This document shows, piece by piece, positions 1-9,797 of a stretch of DNA of 64,000 bases; the stretch's first letter is position 1; every line of letters starts with the position of its first letter. This DNA comes from an uncultured Sulfurimonas sp. Lineage in GTDB: Bacteria; Campylobacterota; Campylobacteria; Campylobacterales; Sulfurimonadaceae. The DNA is taken from positions 1,615 to 65,614 of the forward strand of contig CAZCMR010000004.1 in the NCBI GenBank assembly GCA_964499805.1, given 5' to 3'. The position numbers and the translations under genes are program-made. The notes under the pieces are model-generated. The model was not told the origin of the DNA. It made no database searches and was given only the letters and a program-made list of their open reading frames with translations.

Positions 1-86
1 CTTAGAAGTTATACTTCAGTGTGTAAATCATTGACACAGGAGGGTTTTCCCTGCAGACAGAAATCCTAGAAAATTGTTTGAGTGGA

Positions 87-95
87 ATTTTAGCA
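87..95 (-). promoter_or_regulatory. Extended -10 box (TGCTAAAAT) of a leftward transcript leaving the window
   Basis: Reverse complement of 87-95 matches the Campylobacterota sigma70 TGnTAnAAT consensus; three hairpins follow (5-52). Confidence 0.5.
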
Positions 96-138
96 TAGAA
101 GCAGGAAGTTTAAATTGTAGTTATGTTAAAATTTCAAC

Positions 139-414
139 ATGGTAAACAGATTTTGTAGAAAATATCTTAGCATTATTTTTATAGTTGCAACGCTGATGGG
201 TGTCTTACATCACCATGATGACCTAAAGCAGCACAGTGACTGTCAGATATGTACAGTGCAGTCGAGTATTGCAAACGCAGATACACCTGTTGATATTGTT
301 TACTTTACGAAGCTTGATATATTTACAGAATCTATCGTCACGGCACTGATAAATCTTCATACACAAGCGCAAAGAAACTCTCTAAACGCAAGGGCTCCTC
401 CCTCTTTCTCCTAA
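139..414 (+). CDS. DUF2946/CruR-like metal-sensing leader peptide (uORF)
   Basis: N-terminal hydrophobic segment, HHH-x5-H-x2-CxxC cluster, C-terminal RAPP motif; directly upstream of a metal-uptake operon; TGTTAAAAT ends 6 nt before the ATG. Confidence 0.75.
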   Translation: MVNRFCRKYLSIIFIVATLMGVLHHHDDLKQHSDCQICTVQSSIANADTPVDIVYFTKLDIFTESIVTALINLHTQAQRNSLNARAPPSFS

Positions 415-459
415 AAACTAATCATTTAAAAACTATATTTATAATTGGAGAAATAGACC

Positions 460-1686
460 ATGAAAAAAACTGTATGTTTATCTCTATTGGCATGTGTATC
501 TTTAATGGCTGATGCCCAGATAGATGCTATGCAAGAAGAGCTGCAAAAACAAAAAGAGGCAACACAAAAACTTGAGGCGAAGCTTGATGCACTCACTGCA
601 CAACAAAACAATGCTTCTGTAAATACAAGCGCAAGCTTTTCACAAAATGCGTATCTTCCCGATATCGCACTTATTTTAAATATGTCAGCTGTGAGCCGAG
701 ATATAAAGAACAGCGAGTATGAAAACAATACAAGCATCCCCGGATTTGTACCAGAAGGCGGAATGCATTTGCCGTTTAATAAAAACAGAGGCTTTAATCT
801 TAATTATGCCGAAGTTGCTATGCACTCAGTGGTTGACCCCTATTTTGAGGCATTTGCAATGTTTCATCTGCATCCAGAGGCATTTGAGATAGGTGAAGCA
901 TATGTGCAAACAACATCACTGTCTTACTCTATACGCATAAAAGCAGGAAAATTTAAGAGCAATTTTGGTCGCATCAATGCAAAACACCAACACTCCTGGC
1001 ATTTTGATTCACAGCCTATCATCTACAAAGCCCTTTTTGGTCCTGATGGTATCAGTGATCCCGGAGTACAGGCTCAATGGATAGCACCGAGCGAGACCTA
1101 CCTGATGTTTGGAGCTGAAGCGCTGCAGGGGAATAACGGAAGAAGCTTTGGCGATACAGAACAGAACAACCTCTATGTTGGGTATCTCAAAACCAGTGTA
1201 GATATTGGCGAAGATTTGTCTCTTTTGGGTGGTGTGAGTTTTGCACATGGCAAAAATACAACCGCAAACGCAACGGATGTTTATGGCGTGGATTTTACCC
1301 TGCGTGAGCAAATTGGCAGTTACTCTTCACTTATATGGCAGAGTGAATATTTGCAGAGAAACAAAGATTTGGGCGCATCAACCGATAAGCAGGCAGGGCT
1401 CTACAGTGAAGTCATTTATCAATATAACAATAACTACTCCGCAGGCTTTCGTTATGATGCTATAACAAAAAATGAGACAGACTTATCGGCCTACAATGGT
1501 ATAGATACAGGTAAGCTGCAGAGATATACGGCAATGTTTGAGTACAAACCCTTCCCTATGTCACGTCTGAGATTCTCTTATACTAATGACAGAACGAAAG
1601 TGATAGCGGGTGAGCGAAAAGGTATTAATGAGGTGATGTTGAGTTTGAACATTGCAGCAGGTGCGCACGGTGCGCATGATTATTAG
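460..1686 (+). CDS. Outer-membrane beta-barrel, putative zinc/metal-uptake porin or receptor
   Basis: Signal peptide, coiled coil, amphipathic beta strands, HQHSWHF motif and C-terminal GAHGAHDY; precedes an ABC substrate-binding protein. Confidence 0.65.
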   Translation: MKKTVCLSLLACVSLMADAQIDAMQEELQKQKEATQKLEAKLDALTAQQNNASVNTSASFSQNAYLPDIALILNMSAVSRDIKNSEYENNTSIPGFVPEGGMHLPFNKNRGFNLNYAEVAMHSVVDPYFEAFAMFHLHPEAFEIGEAYVQTTSLSYSIRIKAGKFKSNFGRINAKHQHSWHFDSQPIIYKALFGPDGISDPGVQAQWIAPSETYLMFGAEALQGNNGRSFGDTEQNNLYVGYLKTSVDIGEDLSLLGGVSFAHGKNTTANATDVYGVDFTLREQIGSYSSLIWQSEYLQRNKDLGASTDKQAGLYSEVIYQYNNNYSAGFRYDAITKNETDLSAYNGIDTGKLQRYTAMFEYKPFPMSRLRFSYTNDRTKVIAGERKGINEVMLSLNIAAGAHGAHDY

Positions 1687-1695
1687 GAGAGAGAT

Positions 1696-2574
1696 ATGAA
1701 AAAGATACTATTACTAACAGTTTTACTAACATCATTGGCATTTGCAAAGATAAATATAGATACGACATACACAACACTTGGTGCAGTTGCTAAAAAGATA
1801 GGTGGCGATGCAGTAAAAGTCACTGTCTTGGGAAGTGCGAAATATGACCCGCATTTTATTACACCAAAACCATCCCTGCTTGCAAAACTGCGTCGTGCAG
1901 ATTTGCTTATCATCAACGGTGGAGGCTTAGAGCTTGGATGGTTGCCGCCACTGCTTAGAAATGCCAATAATGCAAAGATCCGTAACGGGGCAAAAGGATT
2001 TTTGGATATGTCACACTATGTAAAGATGATAGATGTACCAAGCTCTGTCTCTCGTGCTTTTGGAGATGTACATGCACAGGGCAATCCTCACTACTCAACC
2101 GACCCGCACGTCATACCTGTTATGGCAAAGGCGATAGCACAAAAGCTCATAGCAATAGACCCATCACATGAAGCACTCTACACAAACAACTATGATGTTT
2201 TTATCAGAGAGTGGCAGGAGTATCTAAAAAAATATGATGCAAAGATGCAGCAGTGTAAGACGAAAAAAGTCGTGCAGTACCATGAGCTTTTTAACTATTT
2301 TCTAAAACGCTATAATATTAAAAGCTATGGCAACATCGAACCGCTTCCGGGGATTGCGCCAAGTTCGAGACATACTATGGAGCTCATTAAAATCATCAAA
2401 GAAAATGGTGTAAAAACTATCTTACAGGATGTTTACCATGAGAAAAAGACGGCGACGTTTATAGCACGTAAAACAGAAGCGCGCGTTGCTGTTATTCCAC
2501 ACGATATGGGAGCACAGGGAAGTAAAACACTCCAAGAATTCTACAATAAAATAGCAACAGCTCTATGTCGATAA
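1696..2574 (+). CDS. Metal (Zn/Mn) ABC transporter substrate-binding protein, ZnuA/TroA family
   Basis: DPHF, GNPHY and QYHELF metal-ligand motifs; ADLLIINGGGLE motif; signal peptide. Confidence 0.85.
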   Translation: MKKILLLTVLLTSLAFAKINIDTTYTTLGAVAKKIGGDAVKVTVLGSAKYDPHFITPKPSLLAKLRRADLLIINGGGLELGWLPPLLRNANNAKIRNGAKGFLDMSHYVKMIDVPSSVSRAFGDVHAQGNPHYSTDPHVIPVMAKAIAQKLIAIDPSHEALYTNNYDVFIREWQEYLKKYDAKMQQCKTKKVVQYHELFNYFLKRYNIKSYGNIEPLPGIAPSSRHTMELIKIIKENGVKTILQDVYHEKKTATFIARKTEARVAVIPHDMGAQGSKTLQEFYNKIATALCR

Positions 2575-3320
2575 TAGAACTCTTATGGCCTGCGTTTGTA
2601 CTCGCCATCGCGCTTGTATTTATCCACTCTGTCTTTGGTCTTGAGATTATCAGGCGGGGGGTGATTTTTACCGATCTTGCCATCGGTCAGATTGCAGCTA
2701 TGGGAATGGCGCTGAGTGTTGCGTTTATGGATGGAGACTACCAAACTCCTATGACCTTTGTTTTTGCGTTTGGTGCTGCGTTTATCATCACCTGGGCAAC
2801 AAAAAGAGTGGAGAAGATAGAGGCCTTCATCGGACTTTTGTACGCGCTTGGTATCTCTGCCATTATGCTTATCTTGGCACAAAGTGCAGAGGGAACGGAA
2901 CTCTTTTCCAAGCTGAGTGCTGCAGATATTTTGTTTACATCCCAAGAGGAACTTTACAGGAGTTTGGTACTTTACGGGGTTGTTACTCTTGTTATGTTTG
3001 TACTCTATCCACGACTCGAGGGAATTAAAAAAGAGTTTTTATTTTTTAGTATGTTAGCCGTAACTGTTACATCATCAGTACAGTCGGCTGGTGTTTTGGT
3101 GGTCTTTGCGCTTCTTATCGCTCCATCGTATGCAGGATTGGTACAAAAGAGAATAAACCCATTTCTCTTTGCCACGCTCTTTGGCTCTTTTGGAGTTCTT
3201 TTTGCACTTATAGCTTCTTATTATCTTGATTTGCCGACAGGTTATGCTATTATCTTTGTAACGGTACTTGCTTCACTGAGTGTTGTTGTTTTTTCAAGTA
3301 TAATAGAGATAAAAAAATAG
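2565..3320 (+). CDS. Metal ABC transporter permease, ZnuB/ABC-3 family
   Basis: Multiple TM helices with GVLVVFALLIAP and YYLDLPTG motifs; overlaps the substrate-binding gene. Confidence 0.8.
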   Translation: MSIIELLWPAFVLAIALVFIHSVFGLEIIRRGVIFTDLAIGQIAAMGMALSVAFMDGDYQTPMTFVFAFGAAFIITWATKRVEKIEAFIGLLYALGISAIMLILAQSAEGTELFSKLSAADILFTSQEELYRSLVLYGVVTLVMFVLYPRLEGIKKEFLFFSMLAVTVTSSVQSAGVLVVFALLIAPSYAGLVQKRINPFLFATLFGSFGVLFALIASYYLDLPTGYAIIFVTVLASLSVVVFSSIIEIKK

Positions 3321-3328
3321 AAGAGTAT

Positions 3329-3760
3329 ATGAAAAGTAAAATTTTAGTGGCTTTGCAGTTCTTTTTCATCTTTTTGATGATACTGCCCATAGGAAGTCAG
3401 ACGCACTACCCGCTAACAGGTTCGTTTATCTTGCTTTTGGGCATCACTATCGGGCTTTTGGCGATTCAAACACATAAGAGAGGGAACTTCAACATCCGTC
3501 CCGATATAAAAGAGAACTGTGAACTTGTCACCAATGGAATTTATGCCTATGTGCGTCATCCTATGTATCTCTCCGTGCTTTTGAGTATGTTTGGTGTTGC
3601 GGTCATCTACTTTAGCTACTATGAGTTTGCACTTTATCTTCTGCTTGTAGCGACGCTGCTTAGAAAACTTTTTTATGAAGAGAGCCTATGGAAGTGTCAC
3701 AGCCCCGCCTATCTGGAGTATATGGCAAAAACAAAAAGGCTTATCCCTTTTATTTTTTAA
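3329..3760 (+). CDS. Isoprenylcysteine carboxyl methyltransferase / PEMT family membrane protein
   Basis: LVTNGIYAYVRHPMY motif, EE..L and RLIPFIF C-terminus. Confidence 0.85.
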   Translation: MKSKILVALQFFFIFLMILPIGSQTHYPLTGSFILLLGITIGLLAIQTHKRGNFNIRPDIKENCELVTNGIYAYVRHPMYLSVLLSMFGVAVIYFSYYEFALYLLLVATLLRKLFYEESLWKCHSPAYLEYMAKTKRLIPFIF

Positions 3761-3795
3761 ATAAGATATAATATTAAAAAATAAAAAGGTCTTTT

Positions 3796-6156
3796 GTGAA
3801 ACTAGTTGGCTACTTTTTTATAATCCTCTTTTTGTCTGCCTGCAGTGCACCGCATCTTCCCCCTGTGAAGGTTGCAAAAACAACACAAAAGATAAGCTAT
3901 CTTAAAGATGTCAAACCTATTCTTGAGAAAAGGTGTGTAGTGTGTCACTCCTGTTACAACTCCCCGTGTCAGGCAAAGTTCAGCTCATTTGAGGGGATTG
4001 ACAGAGGAGCAAGCAAGATAGCCGTTTATGATGCTACACGGCTTAAAGCCATAAATCCTACACGACTTTTTGTAGATGCAAATACTACGCAGCAGTGGCG
4101 AGAGAAGGGATTTTTCACTCTTACTCATGCAGATGAGTCAAATGCAACGGCAAATGACTCTATTATGATGCATCTGCTGCATGATAAGAAAATACATCCC
4201 GAACTTGTAGGTGAGTATGACCCTGAGCACGATACACTGAGCTGTCCCAGAGATAAAGAAGAACTTGAAGAGTATCTTGATGAGAAACCCTATCACGGTA
4301 TGCCTTATGGCTTTCCTGCATTAAAGGACAAAGAGTACACTACGCTCTCACAGTGGCTGCTTCAGGGGGCACGAGGAACAAGTGAAAAAGAGCAAAAAGT
4401 GCTTAGCACGCCATCTCTAAACGCAGCCAAAGAGATACAAAGGTTTGAGGATTTTTTCAATCAAAAAGATGCAAAACATCAGGTTACGGCCCGCTATCTC
4501 TATGAGCATCTCTACCTTGCACATATCTATTTTCCCTCAGCAAAAGGAGAGTACTTTGAAGTGATACGCTCAACTACTCCTGCTCCACAAAAACCGCAAA
4601 TCATAGCGACAACACGGGTATTTGATGCTCCAAACGCAGCGAAGTTTTACTATCGTTTGCGAAAACTCCATGCAACGATTGTGCATAAAACGCATATGAC
4701 ATTTAAGTTTGATACTGCTGTTTTGGCAAGATTTGAGGAGCTTTTTATCAAACCCGAGTGGGATGAGAAACCACATGTGCTGAACTATGATGCAAATGTA
4801 AGTACAAATCCTATCTTGGAGTTTGCTCAGATTCCGGTACGTTCCCGTTATCAGTTTTTGCTGGACAATTCACACTATATCATTATGAACTTTATCCGTG
4901 GACCTGTCTGTAGGGGACAGATTGCACTCAATGTGATTCATGACCATTTTTGGGTGATGTTTAAAGATCCTGAGTATGACATAGGCGTACGGAATCCACA
5001 GTTTTTAAAAGATGAGGCAGAGAATTTAACACTGCCTATTGAGAATGTGAATAATCCTGTTTTGAATCTATTTAGTGATGATTACAGAAAGAAGTATGCA
5101 CAATACTACAAAGATAAACGCAGAGTAATGCAGGAGGAGTTTCCAAATGGAGTGGATTATAATTCCATCTGGAAAGGGAACAAAGCAGAAGATGCGCCAC
5201 TGCTGACAATCTACCGCCATTTTGACAGTGCTTCTGTAAGTAAGGGGGTTTTAGGAGCAGAGCCGCGAACGATGTGGGTGATTGACTATGCACAGTTTGA
5301 AAGAATCTACTACGCATTGGTAGCGGGATATGATGTCTTTGGCAATCTTTCCCATCAGGCAAATATCAGAAGATATATGGACTATTTGAGGCTTGAGGGG
5401 GAGTTGAACTTTCTGGACTATATGCCAAAGGAACAGCGTCTAAAGATGCTTGCTTCATGGTACATCGCAGATGACTCTTTTAAGAGTAAAGATAGAACTC
5501 TTATAGAAAATATCGATGATGTTATCGAGTATAAAACCATCTATCCAAAAAATGAGTTTATTGAACATGTTGTAAAGCAGGATATTTTAAAAGAGACAAA
5601 TATAGGCTTTGATACACTTAACTACAAAAGAGCCTGTGCAGCTCCTGAGAGGATGCCAAAACTCTTTAAAACCTTTCATGATTATATGCAGGCGATACAC
5701 TCTATAACACGTGCAGGAAATAATTTTGTACGTTTTGTAACAGACAATAAAGCGAACCTTATTTTTGTCCGAGTCACTATGCCTGATGGAACTTTCAAGG
5801 TGCGGTATCTCGTGATTAACAGATGGCATGACAATGTTAACTCGATGTTCTTTGAAGAGGATACTTTAGATCCGCAAAAAGATACTATGGATATTTTGGA
5901 TAAGAGCATAGGCTCCTATCCAAATGCTTTTGCGCTTATCAGGTTTGAGGATTTGGCTGCCTTTTTGGAGTTGATGAAAAACTATAACGGGAGTATAGAG
6001 GATGATGAAAAACTCAAACATTATTTCATAAGTCGCTCAGACGAGAGATTTTGGAGCAGTTATGACTGGTTTCAAAACTACTACAACAAAAAAGAGCCGC
6101 TTAAGTCCGGTCTATATGACTTAAACAGATATTCAAGCAAAGTATGGAGCAGATAG
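3796..6156 (+). CDS. cti: Fatty acid cis/trans isomerase (heme c lipoprotein)
   Basis: Lipobox LSAC; RCVVCHSCYNSPCQ heme motif; YEHLYLAH, FIRGPVCRGQIALNVI and GLYDLNRY motifs; GTG start. Confidence 0.9.
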   Translation: MKLVGYFFIILFLSACSAPHLPPVKVAKTTQKISYLKDVKPILEKRCVVCHSCYNSPCQAKFSSFEGIDRGASKIAVYDATRLKAINPTRLFVDANTTQQWREKGFFTLTHADESNATANDSIMMHLLHDKKIHPELVGEYDPEHDTLSCPRDKEELEEYLDEKPYHGMPYGFPALKDKEYTTLSQWLLQGARGTSEKEQKVLSTPSLNAAKEIQRFEDFFNQKDAKHQVTARYLYEHLYLAHIYFPSAKGEYFEVIRSTTPAPQKPQIIATTRVFDAPNAAKFYYRLRKLHATIVHKTHMTFKFDTAVLARFEELFIKPEWDEKPHVLNYDANVSTNPILEFAQIPVRSRYQFLLDNSHYIIMNFIRGPVCRGQIALNVIHDHFWVMFKDPEYDIGVRNPQFLKDEAENLTLPIENVNNPVLNLFSDDYRKKYAQYYKDKRRVMQEEFPNGVDYNSIWKGNKAEDAPLLTIYRHFDSASVSKGVLGAEPRTMWVIDYAQFERIYYALVAGYDVFGNLSHQANIRRYMDYLRLEGELNFLDYMPKEQRLKMLASWYIADDSFKSKDRTLIENIDDVIEYKTIYPKNEFIEHVVKQDILKETNIGFDTLNYKRACAAPERMPKLFKTFHDYMQAIHSITRAGNNFVRFVTDNKANLIFVRVTMPDGTFKVRYLVINRWHDNVNSMFFEEDTLDPQKDTMDILDKSIGSYPNAFALIRFEDLAAFLELMKNYNGSIEDDEKLKHYFISRSDERFWSSYDWFQNYYNKKEPLKSGLYDLNRYSSKVWSR

Positions 6157-6608
6157 TGGATATACTCGTTTTATTAAAATCAATAGCAGGGCTCTCTGTC
6201 GTTTTAGGTATATTGCTCTTTGTTTTTCTCTATTCACCGGGTGAGAAGAAAAAGAGTAAACAGCAGAAAAAGAAGAAGAGCTATACAAGTCCGACACCGC
6301 CAAAAGTCAAGAGCGACTGGGATGCTCTTATAAAAGTTATACGGGATAAGAAATCAACTGCACAAGAGCTTGGTGAAGCGCTTGATTTGATACTAAAGTA
6401 TCATGGCGTGATTCCAAAAAAGCTGGGTATCAGAGTCAATCCTGAGTTTGACAGGTATTCAGAGGTGCTACTGCGTTTATGCAGACATCCAAACACAAAT
6501 AAAGAGTTGATAATAAATTTTGATAAAGAGTTAGAGCGAAAAAATCCAGAATATATCAAAGAGATAAACGATTCGCTCACCAAGGGGTTAAACTCCAGAG
6601 GAGTTTAA
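6144..6608 (+). CDS. Membrane-anchored hypothetical protein
   Basis: One N-terminal TM helix, Lys-rich linker, helical domain; overlaps the cti stop. Confidence 0.7.
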   Translation: MEQIVDILVLLKSIAGLSVVLGILLFVFLYSPGEKKKSKQQKKKKSYTSPTPPKVKSDWDALIKVIRDKKSTAQELGEALDLILKYHGVIPKKLGIRVNPEFDRYSEVLLRLCRHPNTNKELIINFDKELERKNPEYIKEINDSLTKGLNSRGV

Positions 6609-6612
6609 GTTT

Positions 6613-7695
6613 TTATTTGTTTTTTGCAGTCTCTTCTTTTACCGCTTGAAGCAGTTCTTCAAAGCCTTTTTCACTTGAGTATTCTACTTTTTCAAGGGTA
6701 CTTAGTGCTGCGTTTAGGTCACCTTTTCTTGCTTCGCTCATAGCCTGTTTAAGCCCTTGATGCACAATTGTATGATGTTTTGTTATGCTAGGAATATGTG
6801 AATTTCCTTTGAGCAGCGTCGATGAGACTTGAGAGAACCATCTTCCAAATCTACAGCTGTTCTCATCTGCGATACTTGCCTCTTCTTTGTTGATAATAGC
6901 TTTATAGGTGATGATTTTTAGGACAATATGGTCAATTTTACCGTTACTTACATTAAACTCATTCGTGAGGTTCGCCGTTTTGTTTTTAATCTCTTCAGAG
7001 TTGGATACAACTTTGCTGATATTTTCGCTAAAGACATCAAGAATTTCCATAACCTTGGATGTCTCATCCATAAAGGTAGTACTGATTTCCATCATAGAGT
7101 TGGAGTTTTGTTTGAGACCGTTGATATTTATCTCTACCTCTTGGGTTGCTTTTTGCGTACGTTCTGCAAGTTTTCTTACTTCATCGGCAACCACGGCAAA
7201 ACCGCGTCCATGTTCACCTGCACGTGCTGCTTCTATGGCTGCGTTTAGGGCAAGAAGGTTTGTCTGGTCTGAGATATCTTTGATGAGGTTGATAATTTCA
7301 GCGATAGACATTACACTGTCATTGAGTGAGTTTGAATCATCGCCTAGAGTATTTGCATGTTCTTGGATATTTTCAATCGTGGAAGAGATCTCTTGTGTCT
7401 GAGTGCTGACATTTTTCATTCTTGTATTTGTTTTTGTATTGAGCTCATTTATCTCTTCAAGCTGTTCAAGGTTATCCTCTATGGTCTCTTGGAGAAACTG
7501 GGTACCACTGCTGTAACTTTTGATGATAATATTTTCAAGTTTGTCATCTTGCGTCTCTTTTTGTGCTTGTTGTGGCGGTGTCGATTGGAGTTGATGAATC
7601 TGGTTTCTCAGAGAAGCATTTTCCTCCTCCAGGCTTTGTATTCGTTCCTTGTAGGCTTTTTCTAACTTTTCTATTTTCGCACTGCATCCAAACAT
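6613..7695 (-). CDS. Soluble methyl-accepting chemotaxis protein with C-terminal CZB domain
   Basis: [35 protein letters not shown] signature; no TM; CZB ligands DH, SCRFGRW, HHTIVH. Confidence 0.9.
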   Translation of the reverse strand: MFGCSAKIEKLEKAYKERIQSLEEENASLRNQIHQLQSTPPQQAQKETQDDKLENIIIKSYSSGTQFLQETIEDNLEQLEEINELNTKTNTRMKNVSTQTQEISSTIENIQEHANTLGDDSNSLNDSVMSIAEIINLIKDISDQTNLLALNAAIEAARAGEHGRGFAVVADEVRKLAERTQKATQEVEININGLKQNSNSMMEISTTFMDETSKVMEILDVFSENISKVVSNSEEIKNKTANLTNEFNVSNGKIDHIVLKIITYKAIINKEEASIADENSCRFGRWFSQVSSTLLKGNSHIPSITKHHTIVHQGLKQAMSEARKGDLNAALSTLEKVEYSSEKGFEELLQAVKEETAKNK

Positions 7696-7740
7696 TGCTT
7701 CATCCCCTATATAAATTTTGTCTATTTTAGCACATAAAAT

Positions 7741-9720
7741 CTAAATCGACTCTACAATTGCTCCCTGAAGTTTATAAATGTTATATCTTCTTAACATTTC
7801 TGTCTCTTCTTGTGTTTGTACTCCTGTCGCTATGATTTGGATATCAAGTGAGTTGGTGATTACCTGCAGGTTGTTGATGGCATCTTGTGACTGGTCAAGC
7901 AAAAAGTGTGCATCTGCTTTTATAAATTTTGGATTGATATCTTTGAGATAAGAAAAGTCGTTTGCACTTGCGGTATAGGAGTGTATGCCAAGTCTAAATC
8001 CATACTTTTTAAAGAGGTCTGCATAGCCTAAAACCGTAGCCGTTTTATGTGATGCAAAACTGTCTGCCACTTCAAAGCAGAGGTGTGCACTGTTGTTTTT
8101 TTTCTGGTTTTCAAACAGCAGAGCAAGTTTGTCAAAATTATCTTCATCTTCTAAAAACTCTTTTGGCAGTTTGATTGCGTAGTTTATATGTTGCAGTTTA
8201 GAGTGGTAGTTTATAAAGAGCAATTTGAGTACACTGAGATAGAGTTCGCTTGTCATTCCCAGAGTAATTGCCGGAGCGATAAAGGAGTTGTAGCTGTAGT
8301 TTTGTGACTCGTCTGTAAAAATTTCAAATGAGACGACTTTATGCAGAAGCTGTTTTGTTTGGATATCTTTTACAGGCATAAAATTGAATTTAAAGTTTTC
8401 CTCTTTTATGCTCTGCTCAAACAGCTCTCTCCACTGTGTTTTTGTAAGAGATGTCTCTTCGTTTGTATCATCATAGAGATAGATATTGTTGTTTTCATCA
8501 TTTTTGGCATGAAGCAGGGCTGTATCGACTCTTGTAAGCAGGTCGCCAACAGAGATATTTGCTTTGTATCTGTATATACCTATGTTGAGAGTCGCATAGC
8601 TTTGAGGGATGTTGTACTCTTCTAAAAGTTGTGTGAACTTTTGGAGTATGTTTTGGGCTATATGCTGTGCCTCTTCTTTTTTGGTGTTTGGAAGTACAAT
8701 GATAAATTCCGTACCGTTTACCCTTGCCGTAATGGCATCATCATCTATAAGTGTCGTATTTTTGAGTATGCTTCCCAGGGCGAAGAAGAGAGCATCCGCT
8801 TTTTGCCTGCCGAGTATCTGGTTAATCTGCTCTGCACCCTCAAGTGCAAGCAGCATAATGCTTCCACCCTCTGTTTTTCCTTCAAGTGCTATAAGTTCAG
8901 GAAGTTTTATTATGAGATATCTGCGGTTAAAGAGTTTTGTCACAGGATCGTTATATTGAAGCTCTTTATTGCGTTTGACCGCTTCGGTTGCCTGTTTGAA
9001 AATCTCTTTTACTCTGCGTACCATCGAGTTCATGGCATTGGAGACCTCTTTGAACTCTGTAGTATACGGCTCTTGCGTTTCAATGATAAACTCATTGTTT
9101 AAAATCGCTTCTGCCTGGTGTTTTACTTTTTTAAGTGGTTTGAGAATAAAGTGCAGCATGACAGCCAGCAGGATTAAAGAGATGAGTGAAACCACGCCAA
9201 AAAGATAGATAAGATTGATAAAGATTTTATAGAGTGCTTTGTATGTGAGGGTAACATCACCAAGAACAGTCAGCTTTCCTATGCTCATCCAGTTGTGTGT
9301 CACCTCTGTGGTTATGGGCTCTACTTTGATATCAGAAAGATTTATGAACCATTGGGGTACACCCTCTATGGGTTCGTTGTCGACTTGTTTGTAGGAGTAG
9401 GTATCGGTTGTAAATTCGATAAGTTTGTAGTAGCCGCTGTCAAACGCAGAGTCGATGATGCTTTTGACAATTGCCGGTGTTTTATCTTCGGGAGTTGCTG
9501 CATCGTTAGGTGTTGCGTTTAAGATACTTTTCATTACAACCGCTTTGTTTGCATTGTTTGCAAGTGTGGTGCTGAGTGAAGAGATGTTGTTCACAGTCAT
9601 CTGATAGAGACTCTCTATCATGTCTTTTTTTGCAGTTTGATAGTTCTGAACCATCACAGCAGCCAAAATAGTCAGTATCAATAAAGAGACAGCAAGTGCC
9701 ATCTGTTTAAACAGTGTCAT
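7741..9720 (-). CDS. lapD: LapD-like c-di-GMP receptor (LapD/MoxY periplasmic, HAMP, degenerate GGDEF and EAL)
   Basis: MTLFKQ start, FDSGYYK and VPQWF motifs, GGDEF replaced by NGTEF and EAL by KVV; a LapG homolog lies nearby. Confidence 0.8.
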   Translation of the reverse strand: MTLFKQMALAVSLLILTILAAVMVQNYQTAKKDMIESLYQMTVNNISSLSTTLANNANKAVVMKSILNATPNDAATPEDKTPAIVKSIIDSAFDSGYYKLIEFTTDTYSYKQVDNEPIEGVPQWFINLSDIKVEPITTEVTHNWMSIGKLTVLGDVTLTYKALYKIFINLIYLFGVVSLISLILLAVMLHFILKPLKKVKHQAEAILNNEFIIETQEPYTTEFKEVSNAMNSMVRRVKEIFKQATEAVKRNKELQYNDPVTKLFNRRYLIIKLPELIALEGKTEGGSIMLLALEGAEQINQILGRQKADALFFALGSILKNTTLIDDDAITARVNGTEFIIVLPNTKKEEAQHIAQNILQKFTQLLEEYNIPQSYATLNIGIYRYKANISVGDLLTRVDTALLHAKNDENNNIYLYDDTNEETSLTKTQWRELFEQSIKEENFKFNFMPVKDIQTKQLLHKVVSFEIFTDESQNYSYNSFIAPAITLGMTSELYLSVLKLLFINYHSKLQHINYAIKLPKEFLEDEDNFDKLALLFENQKKNNSAHLCFEVADSFASHKTATVLGYADLFKKYGFRLGIHSYTASANDFSYLKDINPKFIKADAHFLLDQSQDAINNLQVITNSLDIQIIATGVQTQEETEMLRRYNIYKLQGAIVESI

Positions 9721-9797
9721 AAACGAACCTATATAATAAAATTTAGAGTATCAATATAGTTTATAAAGAATATGCTTAAGCAATCCAAAAATAGCCT

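Noticed and set aside
2656-2661. G6 tract in the permease (also G5 runs near 13806) as phase-variation sites
   Set aside because: Shorter than typical contingency tracts, and the ORFs are intact.
7140-7290. Near-identical ~150-bp segments shared by four loci
   Set aside because: Conserved MCP hairpin-tip coding sequence; no terminal repeats or transposase.
6908-7402. Antisense ORFs with recurring [18 protein letters not shown] (also at 18462, 26349 and 61458)
   Set aside because: Shadow frames of the conserved MCP signalling domain, not a repeated gene family.
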